Source: a virus
Strand: one strand, 5' to 3'
DNA length: 64,000 nucleotides
IMG/VR virus record: IMGVR_UViG_3300036859_000816
Coordinates: 67,133 to 131,132 of that record
Shown here: piece by piece, positions 9,762 to 20,288 of the stretch
How positions within the stretch are numbered: the stretch's first letter is position 1
Layout of the letters: each line of letters begins with the position of its first letter
Program-made: the position numbers and the translations under genes
The notes under the pieces: generated by a model
Databases searched by the model: none
Told to the model about the DNA's origin: nothing
The model's input: the letters and a program-made list of their open reading frames with translations, nothing else

Positions 9762-10511
9762 TCATGGCAGATCCTGTTCGAGAATGAGCGCGTCGCGGTC
9801 GGCACGTAAGGCGTCCCAATCGATAGTGAGCGGCAACTGCAGTTCGAGCACAGTGTCCAGATCCGCGTCGCTGAACGGCGAGTGACCGGTCGTGGGTTGC
9901 AGGACGATGGGATCATGTTCGTGTACGGGTGCATCGAACACGGTCGGCAGCGTCGCATTGAGATGCGTGGCTAACTGCGTCAAGCCCTTGATGTACAGCG
10001 ATCGTGAAGCGGTGTAATAGCCAGCTAGACCGAGCTCGTCGCCAAATGCGATCCAGTCGCCGCGCCGCGCCGCGTCCCATGCTTTGGCGTAACGGTTGGG
10101 TTTACCGCCACCTCTCGTTGCTAAGCCCAGAAAGCGCAGATGCGCATCGATACCCTTTGGCAATTTGTCCCACGCACGAAAGCAGCATTGTAGATTGAAT
10201 GGGTCGTACCAGACGATCCGTCCGTTTTCGACTTCGTTACAGCGAAAGAACTGCACGAATCCCTGAAACGAGGGCGACGCTTTCTTATTACCGATTTCGA
10301 AGTTGTGGCAGTACTGTCCGTGGCCGGTTTCAAGAATCACCTGCGCAGCTAGCGCACAGAGCTGACGGCGCGCAATGTCTTCACCGAACACGAAGCGGTA
10401 CGCTTCGACCATGCCGCCCGCGAGCTCGAGGTCCGTGAACGGCGTCAGCCGGTCCGGTATGACGGTTTGGCCTAGTCGATTGGGAGCGGTGGGATACTTT
10501 GGATCAATCAT
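9762..10511 (-). CDS. GH73/FlgJ-like glucosaminidase (peptidoglycan hydrolase)
   Basis: AQVILETGHG catalytic Glu, N..GNKK, FRAW, and AGYYTA motifs. Confidence 0.7.
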   Translation of the reverse strand: MIDPKYPTAPNRLGQTVIPDRLTPFTDLELAGGMVEAYRFVFGEDIARRQLCALAAQVILETGHGQYCHNFEIGNKKASPSFQGFVQFFRCNEVENGRIVWYDPFNLQCCFRAWDKLPKGIDAHLRFLGLATRGGGKPNRYAKAWDAARRGDWIAFGDELGLAGYYTASRSLYIKGLTQLATHLNATLPTVFDAPVHEHDPIVLQPTTGHSPFSDADLDTVLELQLPLTIDWDALRADRDALILEQDLP

Positions 10512-11050
10512 GCAATGCCTCGCAGCGGTACGGGTTGCAGCGGAGTCTGGTAGCTTAGATAGAGTGGATGCTTCGGCTCGCCCAGGCCGTTCTTGGTTAT
10601 TCCAAAGCACTGCAGCGGTATGCCGGCCGCCTGCAACATCGCGATCACGTCACGGCTACGCTGAACGAGGCAACCATGGTTTCCCCAGCCCGCGATAAAT
10701 AGTTCCGACTTGCGCGCGGTTTCGAGCAGCCATCGGTCATTTTCGGCACCGACGCGTTCATCCGTTCGGTAGAGCTCGTTTGGATCGGTTGCCCGCCACG
10801 CAAAAAGATTAACGATGTCGCATCCGCCAAATCCCCAGCGTTTTGCGAAACCCACGCACTTGCGCACTGTCGGATCATCAGCCGTTTCGGCGGCTGTCGA
10901 TGGGTTGAGCAGGCAGAAGACGCAGTAGCGCACGGGCCCAAACAACGCGGACGACCAACGGCGCGTCAGTACGTACCGGTACTTGCGATCCGAAGAAAGG
11001 ATCGCGTAGGCCATGTAGCCGTGCAAGGACTCAATATTCAATTCAAGCAC
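10508..11050 (-). CDS. DUF1643 family protein
   Basis: YRYVLTRRW, LNPSTA...DDPT, NLFAWRATDP, AGWG, PKHPLY. Confidence 0.9.
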   Translation of the reverse strand: MLELNIESLHGYMAYAILSSDRKYRYVLTRRWSSALFGPVRYCVFCLLNPSTAAETADDPTVRKCVGFAKRWGFGGCDIVNLFAWRATDPNELYRTDERVGAENDRWLLETARKSELFIAGWGNHGCLVQRSRDVIAMLQAAGIPLQCFGITKNGLGEPKHPLYLSYQTPLQPVPLRGIA

Positions 11051-11426
11051 GGCGGCGTATCTTCTTCCGTTCCGGTTTTTCGCGCACCGGTGACTTACGT
11101 GCGCCGTGCCGGAGCTCCGTCATGAGCGCGATCACTTGTTCGCTCAACATAAGCTCCAGGGCAGCTGCAGCACGCTCAGCGCTATCGTAGTCCTGCTCAG
11201 ACATGAGATGACCGCTTAGTCCGGATGCGCTCTGCAGCGAGAACGTCCAACGCTGCGTGTAGCCACCGAGTCCGTCTACTTTATCCGGCCCGAGCCACAA
11301 CGTCGAACGCTTGGAGTATCCAATTGGGAAAACGCGCAACTGGAGCTTTGCGACAAGCAAGACGAAGTCGCCGGTTGCGCGATGTCGCATGGGCTTACCG
11401 AACAGCATCGGTTTGCTCTTAGCCAT
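11043..11426 (-). CDS. hypothetical protein
   Basis: coupled ORF in the operon. Confidence 0.5.
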   Translation of the reverse strand: MAKSKPMLFGKPMRHRATGDFVLLVAKLQLRVFPIGYSKRSTLWLGPDKVDGLGGYTQRWTFSLQSASGLSGHLMSEQDYDSAERAAAALELMLSEQVIALMTELRHGARKSPVREKPERKKIRRRA

Positions 11427-11674
11427 CAGTCATCCTCATCATGAAGCGATGGGCCGTTAAATGGTCGCGTGCTGCGATTCTTCAAGACGTACTCGCGAAC
11501 CGGCTTCGGTATTTGCTCAGGAAAATGATCGACATCCCAGTCGAGCAGTATTGCGTCGGCATCTCGCTGCGACAGGTGACCGTCGAGCACTTCCGCGTCG
11601 AGCAACATGCACACGATCTTGCGCTGACCGCGATCGTAATTGTGCATTCTACTAATGAGTTCGTTCAGTGTCAT
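11426..11674 (-). CDS. hypothetical protein
   Basis: ORF from MTLNEL, coupled to the downstream gene. Confidence 0.45.
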   Translation of the reverse strand: MTLNELISRMHNYDRGQRKIVCMLLDAEVLDGHLSQRDADAILLDWDVDHFPEQIPKPVREYVLKNRSTRPFNGPSLHDEDD

Positions 11675-11854
11675 GAGTGCCTGAGCTCTCATCCAAGCCA
11701 GGTGGGCCGCGGCGGCACAACGAACGTGATCGTTCGACCGCAGCCTGGGCACGTATGTTCGTAAGTGCCAGGTTCGAGCACGATCATGGTCGGCGGATTG
11801 TGCTCGGGATGCAGGCAAGGTTGCTGTTTGATCCATTGGTCGTGCTCTGGATCG

Positions 11855-12232
11855 TCAATCTTTCGAAGCGGCATGGTGGTCTCCTTCCGGCAGCGGATCA
11901 TCGGCGAATTCGAAACACTCGATGTGCGCGCCGTCGCGATCGTCGATGACTTCGAGCTTGTGGATCTGGAACAAGCCGCCCAGCGTCCAATCGCAGCCAA
12001 CGCCATCGGTATGACGGCCTTCGCAGCTGAAGAAGATCCAGCTCGACGTGTCCCTGATTTCCGGGTTGCGCGCGGTGACGGATTCGTGCGACTGCACGTT
12101 GCCGCACTGAACACACCGAAACTTCCACTTACGCGGATCGTCGCCGTACAGTTCGCGACCGCGTTCCAACCATTGTGGGCGAGTCATAGTGCGTGGCATG
12201 TCCTTCGTACACTGATAGATGTGAGCGATCAT
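11855..12232 (-). CDS. VVA0879-like Zn-binding phage protein
   Basis: WKFRCVQCGNVQS...SCEGR...GCDWTLGGLF. Confidence 0.7.
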   Translation of the reverse strand: MIAHIYQCTKDMPRTMTRPQWLERGRELYGDDPRKWKFRCVQCGNVQSHESVTARNPEIRDTSSWIFFSCEGRHTDGVGCDWTLGGLFQIHKLEVIDDRDGAHIECFEFADDPLPEGDHHAASKD

Positions 12233-12245
12233 GCTTACTTCTTTC

Positions 12246-13226
12246 TCATGCAGCTAGAAACATCGACGAGGATTCGTTGGATTCAACGTGCACGTAGTCA
12301 CTCGTCGTCGTCAGACTCGCGTGGCCGAGTGTGTGCTGAACTAGATGCGCTGGTGCTCCTCGCCGCAATGCGTGGCTCGCGTGCGCATGACGCAGCCAGT
12401 GCGGTGATGGCCGGTGTTGCAGATGCGCCGCTGTTGCCGCCGCGCACACGATATTCCAGCCGTCAGATTGATGCAGCTGCCGGCCGCGCACGCTCTCGAA
12501 GACGATCGACGACAGCCGGGTCTTCTGCAACAGCTCGAAGTCCTTGATCAAACTGATCGGCAACGGAACGTGCCGCGTCTTGCCGCCCTTGCCGTGCAAG
12601 GTCACGCGCAATCGATCCGTTTCCATGTGCAGCTCCGACCACTTCATCGCGAGCGCTTCAGAGATGCGAGCGCCCGAGAGATACAGGAACCGCAGCAACG
12701 TGCGGTCGCGTCCGGGAGCGGCGGCTTGAATCAGCGCGTAAACCTCGTCCTGGCTCAGGATCCGCTCAGCGAGCTGATTCGGTCGCCGAGGCGGCTTGAC
12801 AGCGGCGCCGACATTGAACACGAGGTACCCAGTCTCGTGGGCAAATGACAACAGGCTCTTGACCGCAGAGATGCGCCGCGCATGCGAGGATACGGCGCCG
12901 TGGTCCCGCAGGTGCCGCTGGAAGGCCGTCAGGTGCGCCACTTTGACGTCCCGTAGCGTCGTCGGCCGCGCAGGCAGCTCATCGCTCGGCCGGTCCGGCA
13001 AGGCCGCCAGAAAGGCGCGGAACAGCTCCAGGTCGCCGCGGTACGCCCGCTGCGTTTGCACGCTGTCATACCGGTCGAGCCACAGGATGATGAGCTCGGC
13101 GTCGGAGCCGGCTCCGGAGTAGTCCGGACGCTCGAAGACCTCGGTTGACGGCGGTGGCGCGCGGCGCAAGCCGAACGCGTCGAGCATACCAAGGACTTCG
13201 TTAATGGGTTGTCGCGACTCCGGCAT
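12246..13226 (-). CDS. tyrosine recombinase/integrase (XerC/D-like)
   Basis: SGARISE (R), HGKGGK (K), HWLRH, LGH and TSDY catalytic motifs; N-terminal SAM-like domain with TQRAYRGDL. Confidence 0.92.
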   Translation of the reverse strand: MPESRQPINEVLGMLDAFGLRRAPPPSTEVFERPDYSGAGSDAELIILWLDRYDSVQTQRAYRGDLELFRAFLAALPDRPSDELPARPTTLRDVKVAHLTAFQRHLRDHGAVSSHARRISAVKSLLSFAHETGYLVFNVGAAVKPPRRPNQLAERILSQDEVYALIQAAAPGRDRTLLRFLYLSGARISEALAMKWSELHMETDRLRVTLHGKGGKTRHVPLPISLIKDFELLQKTRLSSIVFESVRGRQLHQSDGWNIVCAAATAAHLQHRPSPHWLRHAHASHALRRGAPAHLVQHTLGHASLTTTSDYVHVESNESSSMFLAA

Positions 13227-13807
13227 GTTACTGCAACCGTCCGCGCTGCTGTTCACGGTACCGGACCATGGCTTCATCGAAAGCTTCCGGATTCTGCAGA
13301 TACGCGATGCCGCGCCAGTCTTGCGCAAGGTCTTGCCATTTCTTGCACTGCTCTTCCCAGAACTGGGCACTTTTTCGCCACGTGCGTTCGGTGTCCCAGC
13401 GATGAAGCGCTGCTGCAGCGCAGAAGCCTGCTGCCAAACCGGAGGCGCTCGCCGTTAGAACGGAATGATACCAGACGGCATTCCATATGAGGCACGCCAG
13501 GTTCGTCACGGCCAAAGCAATGTCTAACCACATCAACTTCCGGAAGGGATCCTTCACTGCATGCCTCCTTGGAGCAGCGCAATAGCGACAAGCTCGTACT
13601 GCTCCCAACCATGTTCGGTCGGTGAAGCTCCTTGGTAGAGCAAGCCGCGCCCTGGCTCGAACGTCCAGAGCGGCGGCATTCCATCACGCCATTCCGTGTG
13701 CGTGTACAATGGCGTCGAGCTCTCGAAAGAACCGTGCGCCACTACCGGCATAGTGACCCGCGCGCCAGCGCGATGTAAGCGCAGCAAGTGCGTTGGAGCG
13801 AACGGTA

Positions 13808-14380
13808 TCACTTGTGGTTAGTCTTCTTCTTATCCGGTCCGGGCAAGCGCAGCTTGTCCAACACCTCCGAACTCGTGAGAATCTTCGTTACGTTGCCCAG
13901 TCGAATCACACGGTCACGGAGTGCCGGCGTGCGGATTTCGCTCAAGCGAATCGCTTCGCGTGTCTCATCCATCCGTTCGATCGCTCGGGCCATGCCGCGC
14001 GCATCTCGCTCGAACTCGACCTTCGCCAAGTCCTCATCGTCGATCGTTGCACGAATGCCGACGCCGCGCTTTGTTTCGATGGTCGCGTGGTGTGAGCGTT
14101 TCAGTATCCGTTTCGCATTCGGCTGGACGCGCTTGACGATCATTACGTAGTGGCTGTCGATCTTCGGCGTGTCCTTGAGCTGCAGCAGGATGCGAGCGAT
14201 CACATTGAGCGCAGTGAAACGTTCGGGCATGTGTTTCGCCGCCCACAATAAGAAACTGACCAAGCGCTGAGGCATGGTCTCGTTCATGTTCACTTTGTAG
14301 TTGAACTCATCTAGCCCCTTGCGGCTGCCTTTGCCGCGCCGGAACAGATGGTTAGTGCGGTCATGGGAATTTGTGTTCAT
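13808..14380 (-). CDS. hypothetical protein
   Basis: 190 aa basic ORF with GGAGAG RBS. Confidence 0.6.
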   Translation of the reverse strand: MNTNSHDRTNHLFRRGKGSRKGLDEFNYKVNMNETMPQRLVSFLLWAAKHMPERFTALNVIARILLQLKDTPKIDSHYVMIVKRVQPNAKRILKRSHHATIETKRGVGIRATIDDEDLAKVEFERDARGMARAIERMDETREAIRLSEIRTPALRDRVIRLGNVTKILTSSEVLDKLRLPGPDKKKTNHK

Positions 14381-14398
14381 GATGACTCTCCATTTCGG

Positions 14399-15781
14399 TT
14401 AGCGTTTGAACTGACGAATGTACTCTTCGAGGATCAGGCGAGCCTCTTGGATTGCTTGAAATTCAGCACGCATCTCTTCCGTGTACTTGTCGCCGTGCTT
14501 GTCTGGATGAAGAGACGCGGACCGCGCATGAGCGCGGCGTTTGACCAGCATCGGATCCAGTTTTTTGCCAAACTCCGCTGCAATGCTCAGGATCTGACAG
14601 GCTTGTCCGAAGCGCCGCCGACCGATCGCCCCCAGGTTTTCGCGGCGCGCGTTTTCGGCGTGCTTGCGGACGGCCGCAAATAGATCGGTTACGCCGGTGT
14701 CGATCCAATCCGCGAAGTCCTGAATCGCCTTGTTGCGGATGTAATCATCAGCTTCGCTGAGCCGGTCCTTGATGAACTGCTCGGTGAGCAGACGAACCTG
14801 GTAACGAAAAGAGTCAGCATCTTTGCCGGCGTGACCGGATCGCGGAGCTGGCGCCGCTGATTTCGCATACGCTGGCGAAACGGATGCGGCCTTAGCGGAC
14901 CACGAGCGGACCTTGGGACCTTTGGGACCTTTGGCCACGTTCTCGCGAACAACTTTGCCGTCATCGAGCGACCTCCGAACTTTGGAATTGTCATACTCAA
15001 TCAGCGCTCGGTGTACAGCTTCCCGTAGAGCCATCTTCTGTTTTTTTGCGATAACGCGCGCGCGGATGGCGATGTTCTGGGTAGCTCCAAGGGTGAGATC
15101 GCGCTCCAGCCGGTACCAAATCTCATTGGCCGCTTCGCCCAACGAGTTGATGGAACGATGCCGCGCATAGCAACCAGTTGATCCGCCGAGTAACTTCTGC
15201 AGCTGGTACTCGCGTCGCTCGCCCTTACCGTCCTTGTAAGAAATGAGACGCTTCTGAAGTAACCAGAGTTGCTCTTCACGGTCGGCGCGCTCCTGATGCG
15301 TCGACGTCTTGTCGAGAGCACGATACTCTGCGCACAGCTGTTCCACTTGTTGCGCAACCGTTGGCTTCTCCGTCGGCTTTTCAGTGACCGGTGTGGCCGG
15401 CTGAGTCTCCGGAACCATTTCCGGTTCAGCCGGGATCACGTCTTGCGCCACCGTGGATTTGCCATTCGAAGCCGCAATGATGGGCGTTACAATCGACCGA
15501 TGGTGGGCCATGGCTAAATCAATCGCGACGTCCAGGTTCATATTACGACCCTCTTTTTGTAAGCGCTCAGCATGTGACGCGAGAACTGCTCGGATCTCAT
15601 ATTCTAACGCTGACCCTCCAAATTGGGCGACGAACCATGCCGTGCGCGTCGTGTTTCTACGTGGACACTCAACGCAGTAATTCTTCCAGAGCTCGTGTTC
15701 TCGCTGGACGCGCTCCTTTTCGGTCAAGTCTAATTGCGTGCGCTTGTACTCCGCGCACAGCGCATCGAAGGATGCTGTCAT
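14399..15781 (-). CDS. large hypothetical protein with C-terminal J-domain-like region
   Basis: ACQILSI...VKRR...ASLHPDK...FQAIQEA at the C-terminus. Confidence 0.6.
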   Translation of the reverse strand: MTASFDALCAEYKRTQLDLTEKERVQREHELWKNYCVECPRRNTTRTAWFVAQFGGSALEYEIRAVLASHAERLQKEGRNMNLDVAIDLAMAHHRSIVTPIIAASNGKSTVAQDVIPAEPEMVPETQPATPVTEKPTEKPTVAQQVEQLCAEYRALDKTSTHQERADREEQLWLLQKRLISYKDGKGERREYQLQKLLGGSTGCYARHRSINSLGEAANEIWYRLERDLTLGATQNIAIRARVIAKKQKMALREAVHRALIEYDNSKVRRSLDDGKVVRENVAKGPKGPKVRSWSAKAASVSPAYAKSAAPAPRSGHAGKDADSFRYQVRLLTEQFIKDRLSEADDYIRNKAIQDFADWIDTGVTDLFAAVRKHAENARRENLGAIGRRRFGQACQILSIAAEFGKKLDPMLVKRRAHARSASLHPDKHGDKYTEEMRAEFQAIQEARLILEEYIRQFKR

Positions 15782-16836
15782 GTTTGTTTCCCGTTCTGCA
15801 TATCGATCTGCGCCTGAATCGCGGCTCGCTCAGCTTGCTCGTAGCCGTCGTTCGCCATGTTTTCCAAAAACAAGTTACGCAGCGCACCGTTCTCTGCGAT
15901 ATTGGCGTCCAACCGACGCAACACATGACCCCATTTGTCCTTTTGCATCGCAGCATTCTGCTGCATGGACCCCAGCACGTTGGCGTTAAGGCCCGTGATC
16001 AGACCATGCAAATTCGACAACACAGTGACTAGCTCAGCCGAATATCGTTCGGTCTTGGTCAGTTCCTCGATACTCGACATCGTTGTTTTGAGCGTACGTT
16101 GCACGGCTTCAATGACCGTCTGTAGCGCCGCCATACGCTGCTCCATCTGGTCGATTCGCTTGGTGATCGAGCGATCCTTTTGCTCGACCTTCTCCTGTAC
16201 CAAATCGATGGCCCCGAGAACTTCGTCTTGTCTGTCACTCAAGCCATTGAACTGGCTATCGAACTGGCGGTGGTTACTCGCTACGGCCTCGATAAGCGTA
16301 TGAAAGCTGTCGATCAACGACCCGATACGGTTGTCTGCTTGTACAGGCTCAAGCAACTGATTGGTGGAGTTTTCCTCGGTCCTCGCGTTCTCAGCTGTCG
16401 CCGCCGCACCATCCTCGTCCACCAAGTGACGCCGCAAGACTTCCTCGAGTTGCTTGCCGGCAGGTTTCTTTGGAAAGACGAGAGCGGAGAGCATTGAGCC
16501 GTCGTAATCCGCGTAGTTGTTCAAGATTTCATTGAGTCGCTTTTTATCCGCGGGCGCGTAGCACTGCTGCCCATCATCAAGCGTTTTTTTGACCAAACCT
16601 TCATCGACCAACTGATCGAGGATTCGGCGCTGCCACTTGCGCGCTTGAGAACCAGTGGCCTCTTGGAACTCAGTTGCAGTGCTGTTTTGCGGCAGTATAA
16701 AGATGTCCTTGAGTAAGAGAGGATTCGGCGCGTCGTACAAGGTCCCGATCCCCAAGAACGCTAACTTGATCCGTGCTTTATCCCGTTGTGCGTGGTTGTT
16801 GGCCATTTTGGTTAGACTTATTCCTGTTTGAACCAC
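15778..16836 (-). CDS. coiled-coil protein with possible N-terminal winged helix
   Basis: RRILDQLVDEGLVKK motif; heptad-rich C-terminal half. Confidence 0.55.
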   Translation of the reverse strand: MVQTGISLTKMANNHAQRDKARIKLAFLGIGTLYDAPNPLLLKDIFILPQNSTATEFQEATGSQARKWQRRILDQLVDEGLVKKTLDDGQQCYAPADKKRLNEILNNYADYDGSMLSALVFPKKPAGKQLEEVLRRHLVDEDGAAATAENARTEENSTNQLLEPVQADNRIGSLIDSFHTLIEAVASNHRQFDSQFNGLSDRQDEVLGAIDLVQEKVEQKDRSITKRIDQMEQRMAALQTVIEAVQRTLKTTMSSIEELTKTERYSAELVTVLSNLHGLITGLNANVLGSMQQNAAMQKDKWGHVLRRLDANIAENGALRNLFLENMANDGYEQAERAAIQAQIDMQNGKQT

Positions 16837-17147
16837 CGTTTCAGCTGTTCCAGTACTCCGGCGACGTCCGGCTTTGTGAAGCGCGGAATATCCGGCGGCA
16901 CGTACGCGCCAGCGTTACCGGTGTGTACGATGAAATGTTTGGGCTGATTCAAGGCGCCGTAAACGTCCATCGCTGTGCCGTCGGGCAAATCGAAGTCGCA
17001 GACGACGGCATCTGGCGGCGGATACTTATGGTGCGTGACATCCCGAACCGATGCGGCCACACTGACTAGATAGCCCGCTCTGGTAAGCTGACGAAACAGC
17101 GCGCGCCGCACGAGGGCATCATCGTCGACAACGAGTATGCAAATCAT
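16818..17147 (-). CDS. single-domain response regulator (receiver)
   Basis: ILVVDDD, DAVVCDFDLPDG, IVHTG, FTKP. Confidence 0.85.
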   Translation of the reverse strand: MICILVVDDDALVRRALFRQLTRAGYLVSVAASVRDVTHHKYPPPDAVVCDFDLPDGTAMDVYGALNQPKHFIVHTGNAGAYVPPDIPRFTKPDVAGVLEQLKRWFKQE

Positions 17148-17508
17148 TCGTAACCCTTTCTCTTGGTTGAACGGTCCCGTAAGCGCATGCCGGCTCGTCC
17201 GATCAAGACGACGTCGCCCGTGTCCAGCGAACATGCGAGCTGTTTGTCGTTCCAGTACAAATACAAGCACCGCGCTTCACGCGTTCGCTCAACGGGACCA
17301 GGCAGCACAAACCATTCTCGCGACTTCAGCACGCTATGCGCCGCCTCAAGCGTTTGACGTCGTTCGAGCTCGAGATCCAGTCGGTGCCGCAGATGATCGA
17401 GCTCCTGCTGAGCCCAGTTCGGCAAGCGCCGCTCGCGGTCACTGAGCTTGCATGTGCACCGTATCTTGGCGCCATTCACAATCGGCAACTTGCAGAGCGG
17501 GCAGTGGT

Positions 17509-17730
17509 TCATTTGCGGTTCTTGTGGCGCCACGCAACCATTGCAAGGGCGCATTGTTCTGCTTCGACGATCTGTGTCTCATCGGTCTTACCGAGCAGAT
17601 GCCTTATTTCGCACCAAAGGCGAACCAGCAAAGGCGCCACTGGGTCGCGTGCGAGCAAGACGAACATGGGCTCGTCGGGTTCAGCATTCTTGTAGCAATC
17701 GTAAGCGCCGGGATTGTTCTTAGTGGCCAC
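17509..17730 (-). CDS. conserved small phage protein
   Basis: DEPMFVLLARD..AP..VR.W pattern. Confidence 0.55.
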   Translation of the reverse strand: MATKNNPGAYDCYKNAEPDEPMFVLLARDPVAPLLVRLWCEIRHLLGKTDETQIVEAEQCALAMVAWRHKNRK

Positions 17731-17732
17731 GT

Positions 17733-18041
17733 TTACGCTCCTAATTTCTTGTCTTGCGCGGCCCTGATAGCAGCGTCTTCGTGAGCCAGGTCCGCCTCGA
17801 TGAGCTCGTAATTGTCGATTGCGAAGGAGAGCGCGTCGAAGATCGCGGATTTGCTGACGTGAGGGTAGCGCTTAATCAACTGTTCGACCGTCGCTCCGCC
17901 TCTGCTATAGAACGCCCAAACCCGGCGCACGGGAACGCGTGAGCCGACGATGTACGGACTTCCTCCAAGCACGTCAGTTTCCACGCGCACATGCGGATGC
18001 GACACCAGAACACGAATTGTCGTCATGATGACAGTTCCCAA
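17733..18041 (-). CDS. DUF433 family (antitoxin-like HTH) protein
   Basis: VLGGSPYIVGSRVPV...EQLIKRYP...IFDALSF. Confidence 0.85.
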   Translation of the reverse strand: MGTVIMTTIRVLVSHPHVRVETDVLGGSPYIVGSRVPVRRVWAFYSRGGATVEQLIKRYPHVSKSAIFDALSFAIDNYELIEADLAHEDAAIRAAQDKKLGA

Positions 18042-18229
18042 AACTCGGCGCAGCGAGCCGTTCGTGTGCGCGTGTCAAAGAAGGCTTCGCGCCGTCCACC
18101 CACTTCGCTCAGTGCTCTACGTACAGCGGCCGGCACACGTCGTACCGGCTCGAAGCTACGCGCACCAACACCAGTCCATCGAATGCGGTAGAACGAATCG
18201 CCGACAGCTGCGTAACGCACGATCATCGG

Positions 18230-18484
18230 TCACCCAGTCTCTTCCTTAGAAACATGAAGCGCGCAGCTGAACTTCGGCGCTGTGTACAGAGTCCCAGCGT
18301 CGTGGAACGAGCGCGTGAACGCTAACCGCTGCTTAGCCTGGGCAGGCCGATACTCTCCAGACGGCAGGACGACGATGCCGTTGCATCGACGGTGCTTCGC
18401 CTTCGGATCGTTATCCTCCGGGCAATCGTAGTAGTACGGATCCTTTCCCCAATGCTTACAGGTGGAACAGGTCTTCATCTTCAC
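18230..18484 (-). CDS. small Cys-rich phage protein
   Basis: KTCSTCKHW...C...T.PKFSC. Confidence 0.5.
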   Translation of the reverse strand: MKMKTCSTCKHWGKDPYYYDCPEDNDPKAKHRRCNGIVVLPSGEYRPAQAKQRLAFTRSFHDAGTLYTAPKFSCALHVSKEETG

Positions 18485-18820
18485 ACGTACCTTTGCTGGC
18501 TGATTCGCTCGAGAACATCAGCTATGGCGTTAGCGTGAGCGCGATCTTGCTCGTCATTGGAGCGCGCCGGATCTCGCAACCAACGAACCACGCGCTCGAC
18601 AACACGCTCGGGATACATGTCGGTCTTCGCCATTAGCGTGATGGCTAGATCGAACAGCACCACAGCATCGACGGTGTCCCGGTCTGGTAGCTGGCTATGG
18701 TCAGACATCGGCGATGGCTTCACGTTTGGTCATTGTTCTTCCCGTTGTGGCTCAGTGACCTCAGGTGCCAGGGGCTGATAACGTCACTTATCAAGTGTTG
18801 GTACGCGCCAGCAAGATCAT

Positions 18821-19003
18821 TTATTTCTGCGGTTTCTTGGCCCCAGCGGATGGCAGCTCCAAATCCAAGAAAATCCGCGCTCGGACATACGTGGACCGCG
18901 TCATGCCTGCCGCGGCCGCAGCTCGGTCCAGCTGTAGCCGTTCCTGGCGTGACAACAGCATGGTAAAGCGCTGCGGACGGTCTGTGCTTTGCTTTTTCTT
19001 CAT
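18821..19003 (-). CDS. ribbon-helix-helix (CopG/MobC-like) regulator
   Basis: RFTMLLSRQE...LDRAAAAAGMTRSTYVR. Confidence 0.65.
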   Translation of the reverse strand: MKKKQSTDRPQRFTMLLSRQERLQLDRAAAAAGMTRSTYVRARIFLDLELPSAGAKKPQK

Positions 19004-19009
19004 GTTTGG

Positions 19010-19039
19010 TTACCATATCATGGTAAGACGCACCGTCAA
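19010..19039 (-). promoter_or_regulatory. putative promoter with inverted repeat TTACCAT-atc-ATGGTAA
   Basis: minus strand TTGACG-N16-TATGGT with TG extension just upstream of the RHH gene. Confidence 0.5.
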
Positions 19040-19139
19040 GCAAAAGGAAGCAACGCTTCAACGGCCGCGTAGGATTCTGCAATCGGGCACGATGCCCGCC
19101 CGGGCGACACGACGTTGCCCACAACGAAAGAAGGTAACG

Positions 19140-19448
19140 ATGGCAAGAATTAACCTAGGTGGCGGACGCTGGTTTGACACCGACAAAGCCGAGTGTTTCG
19201 AAGAAGACACCAGATTTAATGGCAACAACCACATCTCCGTCGCGACCGGCACGCAGTGGGATCACGAGGAGTTGTATCGCACGGCCAAAGGCATGTGGAT
19301 CAAACACAGCTGGTCGCAGTGGCAGGGATCCACGCCGCACTACGGCGAGATGGATGAGGACGAAGCGCGGCAATGGTTGATCGATCAAGACCATGGCGAC
19401 GATGTCGAGCGCTTCTGGCCCGGCGAGCTCGCTGCCGCAGAGGTCTGA
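19140..19448 (+). CDS. hypothetical phage protein
   Basis: AAGAAGG RBS; FDTDKA...EELYRTAKG...EARQWL pattern. Confidence 0.65.
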   Translation: MARINLGGGRWFDTDKAECFEEDTRFNGNNHISVATGTQWDHEELYRTAKGMWIKHSWSQWQGSTPHYGEMDEDEARQWLIDQDHGDDVERFWPGELAAAEV

Positions 19449-19703
19449 CGCTTCCGCAACCTGCCGCGCGGCGCGAGTCACGCGGCAGACGCGGGCGCCA
19501 GCCCGAGAAAGTCGCAAATGATGCCCATCGAAGAGCTGGTCGAGTTTTTGGCGTCACAAGACGATGCAGTCATCTGGCGCAACGGAACCGAACTTCGCAC
19601 GGGCAACGGTTTGATCTACATTCGGTCGTGCCAAGGTCGCGAGCTACGCGGCGATAGCTGGCAACCGCGGTACACGTGGCATCGACTCTATTAGGAGCAA
19701 TCA

Positions 19704-20288
19704 ATGGCACAGCTGAAACCCGCACAATATCTAGCTCGCGATCTTGCCGAAGCGCTCGGCGATGACTGGCACTGGAAAAAACCAGACGAGGACCATGTGA
19801 CGGGTTTCATCGACGGTCCGGACGGACGCCAGCTCGCCGTACACGTCCAGACGTACGGCGCTCAAGAGGGTAAGAAGGGTGAGATCAGTGGCCTGCTACC
19901 GCAGCGCGACGCAAAGGGCGACTACTTCAGCACCAGTATCGAACGGCCATCGATCGGCTTCACCGTCGCTCGTGGCGTGGACGCTATCGCTCGCGACGTA
20001 CAGCGACGCTTGCTGCCGGCGTACGAGACGGCTTTTCAGCGAACGCAGGAAGCTCTGGCGCGGCGTAACGAGTACCTCGCGGAGACGACGGACAGCATTG
20101 CCGGCATACTCGAGGCCGTTCCCGGGCTCGAGTGGCGGCGCCATCGCGAGGAATCGAGCGCATCCTTCGACCTAGAGGGCGCGGGCTGGGGCGATATCAA
20201 GGCACACGGCGACAGCGTTTCGCTGGAAGTTCGCAGCTTGAGCCGTGAGCAGGTTATCCGGATGTTGCAAGCCCTCAGCGAAGGCTGA
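19704..20288 (+). CDS. hypothetical protein
   Basis: TAGGAG RBS, 194 aa ORF. Confidence 0.65.
   Translation: MAQLKPAQYLARDLAEALGDDWHWKKPDEDHVTGFIDGPDGRQLAVHVQTYGAQEGKKGEISGLLPQRDAKGDYFSTSIERPSIGFTVARGVDAIARDVQRRLLPAYETAFQRTQEALARRNEYLAETTDSIAGILEAVPGLEWRRHREESSASFDLEGAGWGDIKAHGDSVSLEVRSLSREQVIRMLQALSEG

Noticed and set aside
12246-13226. att site or prophage boundary next to the tyrosine recombinase
   Set aside because: Gene is embedded in a tightly coupled operon with no tRNA, intergenic gap or direct repeat visible; more likely a resolvase
17733-18041. Complete DUF433-PIN toxin-antitoxin pair
   Set aside because: No adjacent PIN/DUF5615 toxin recognised
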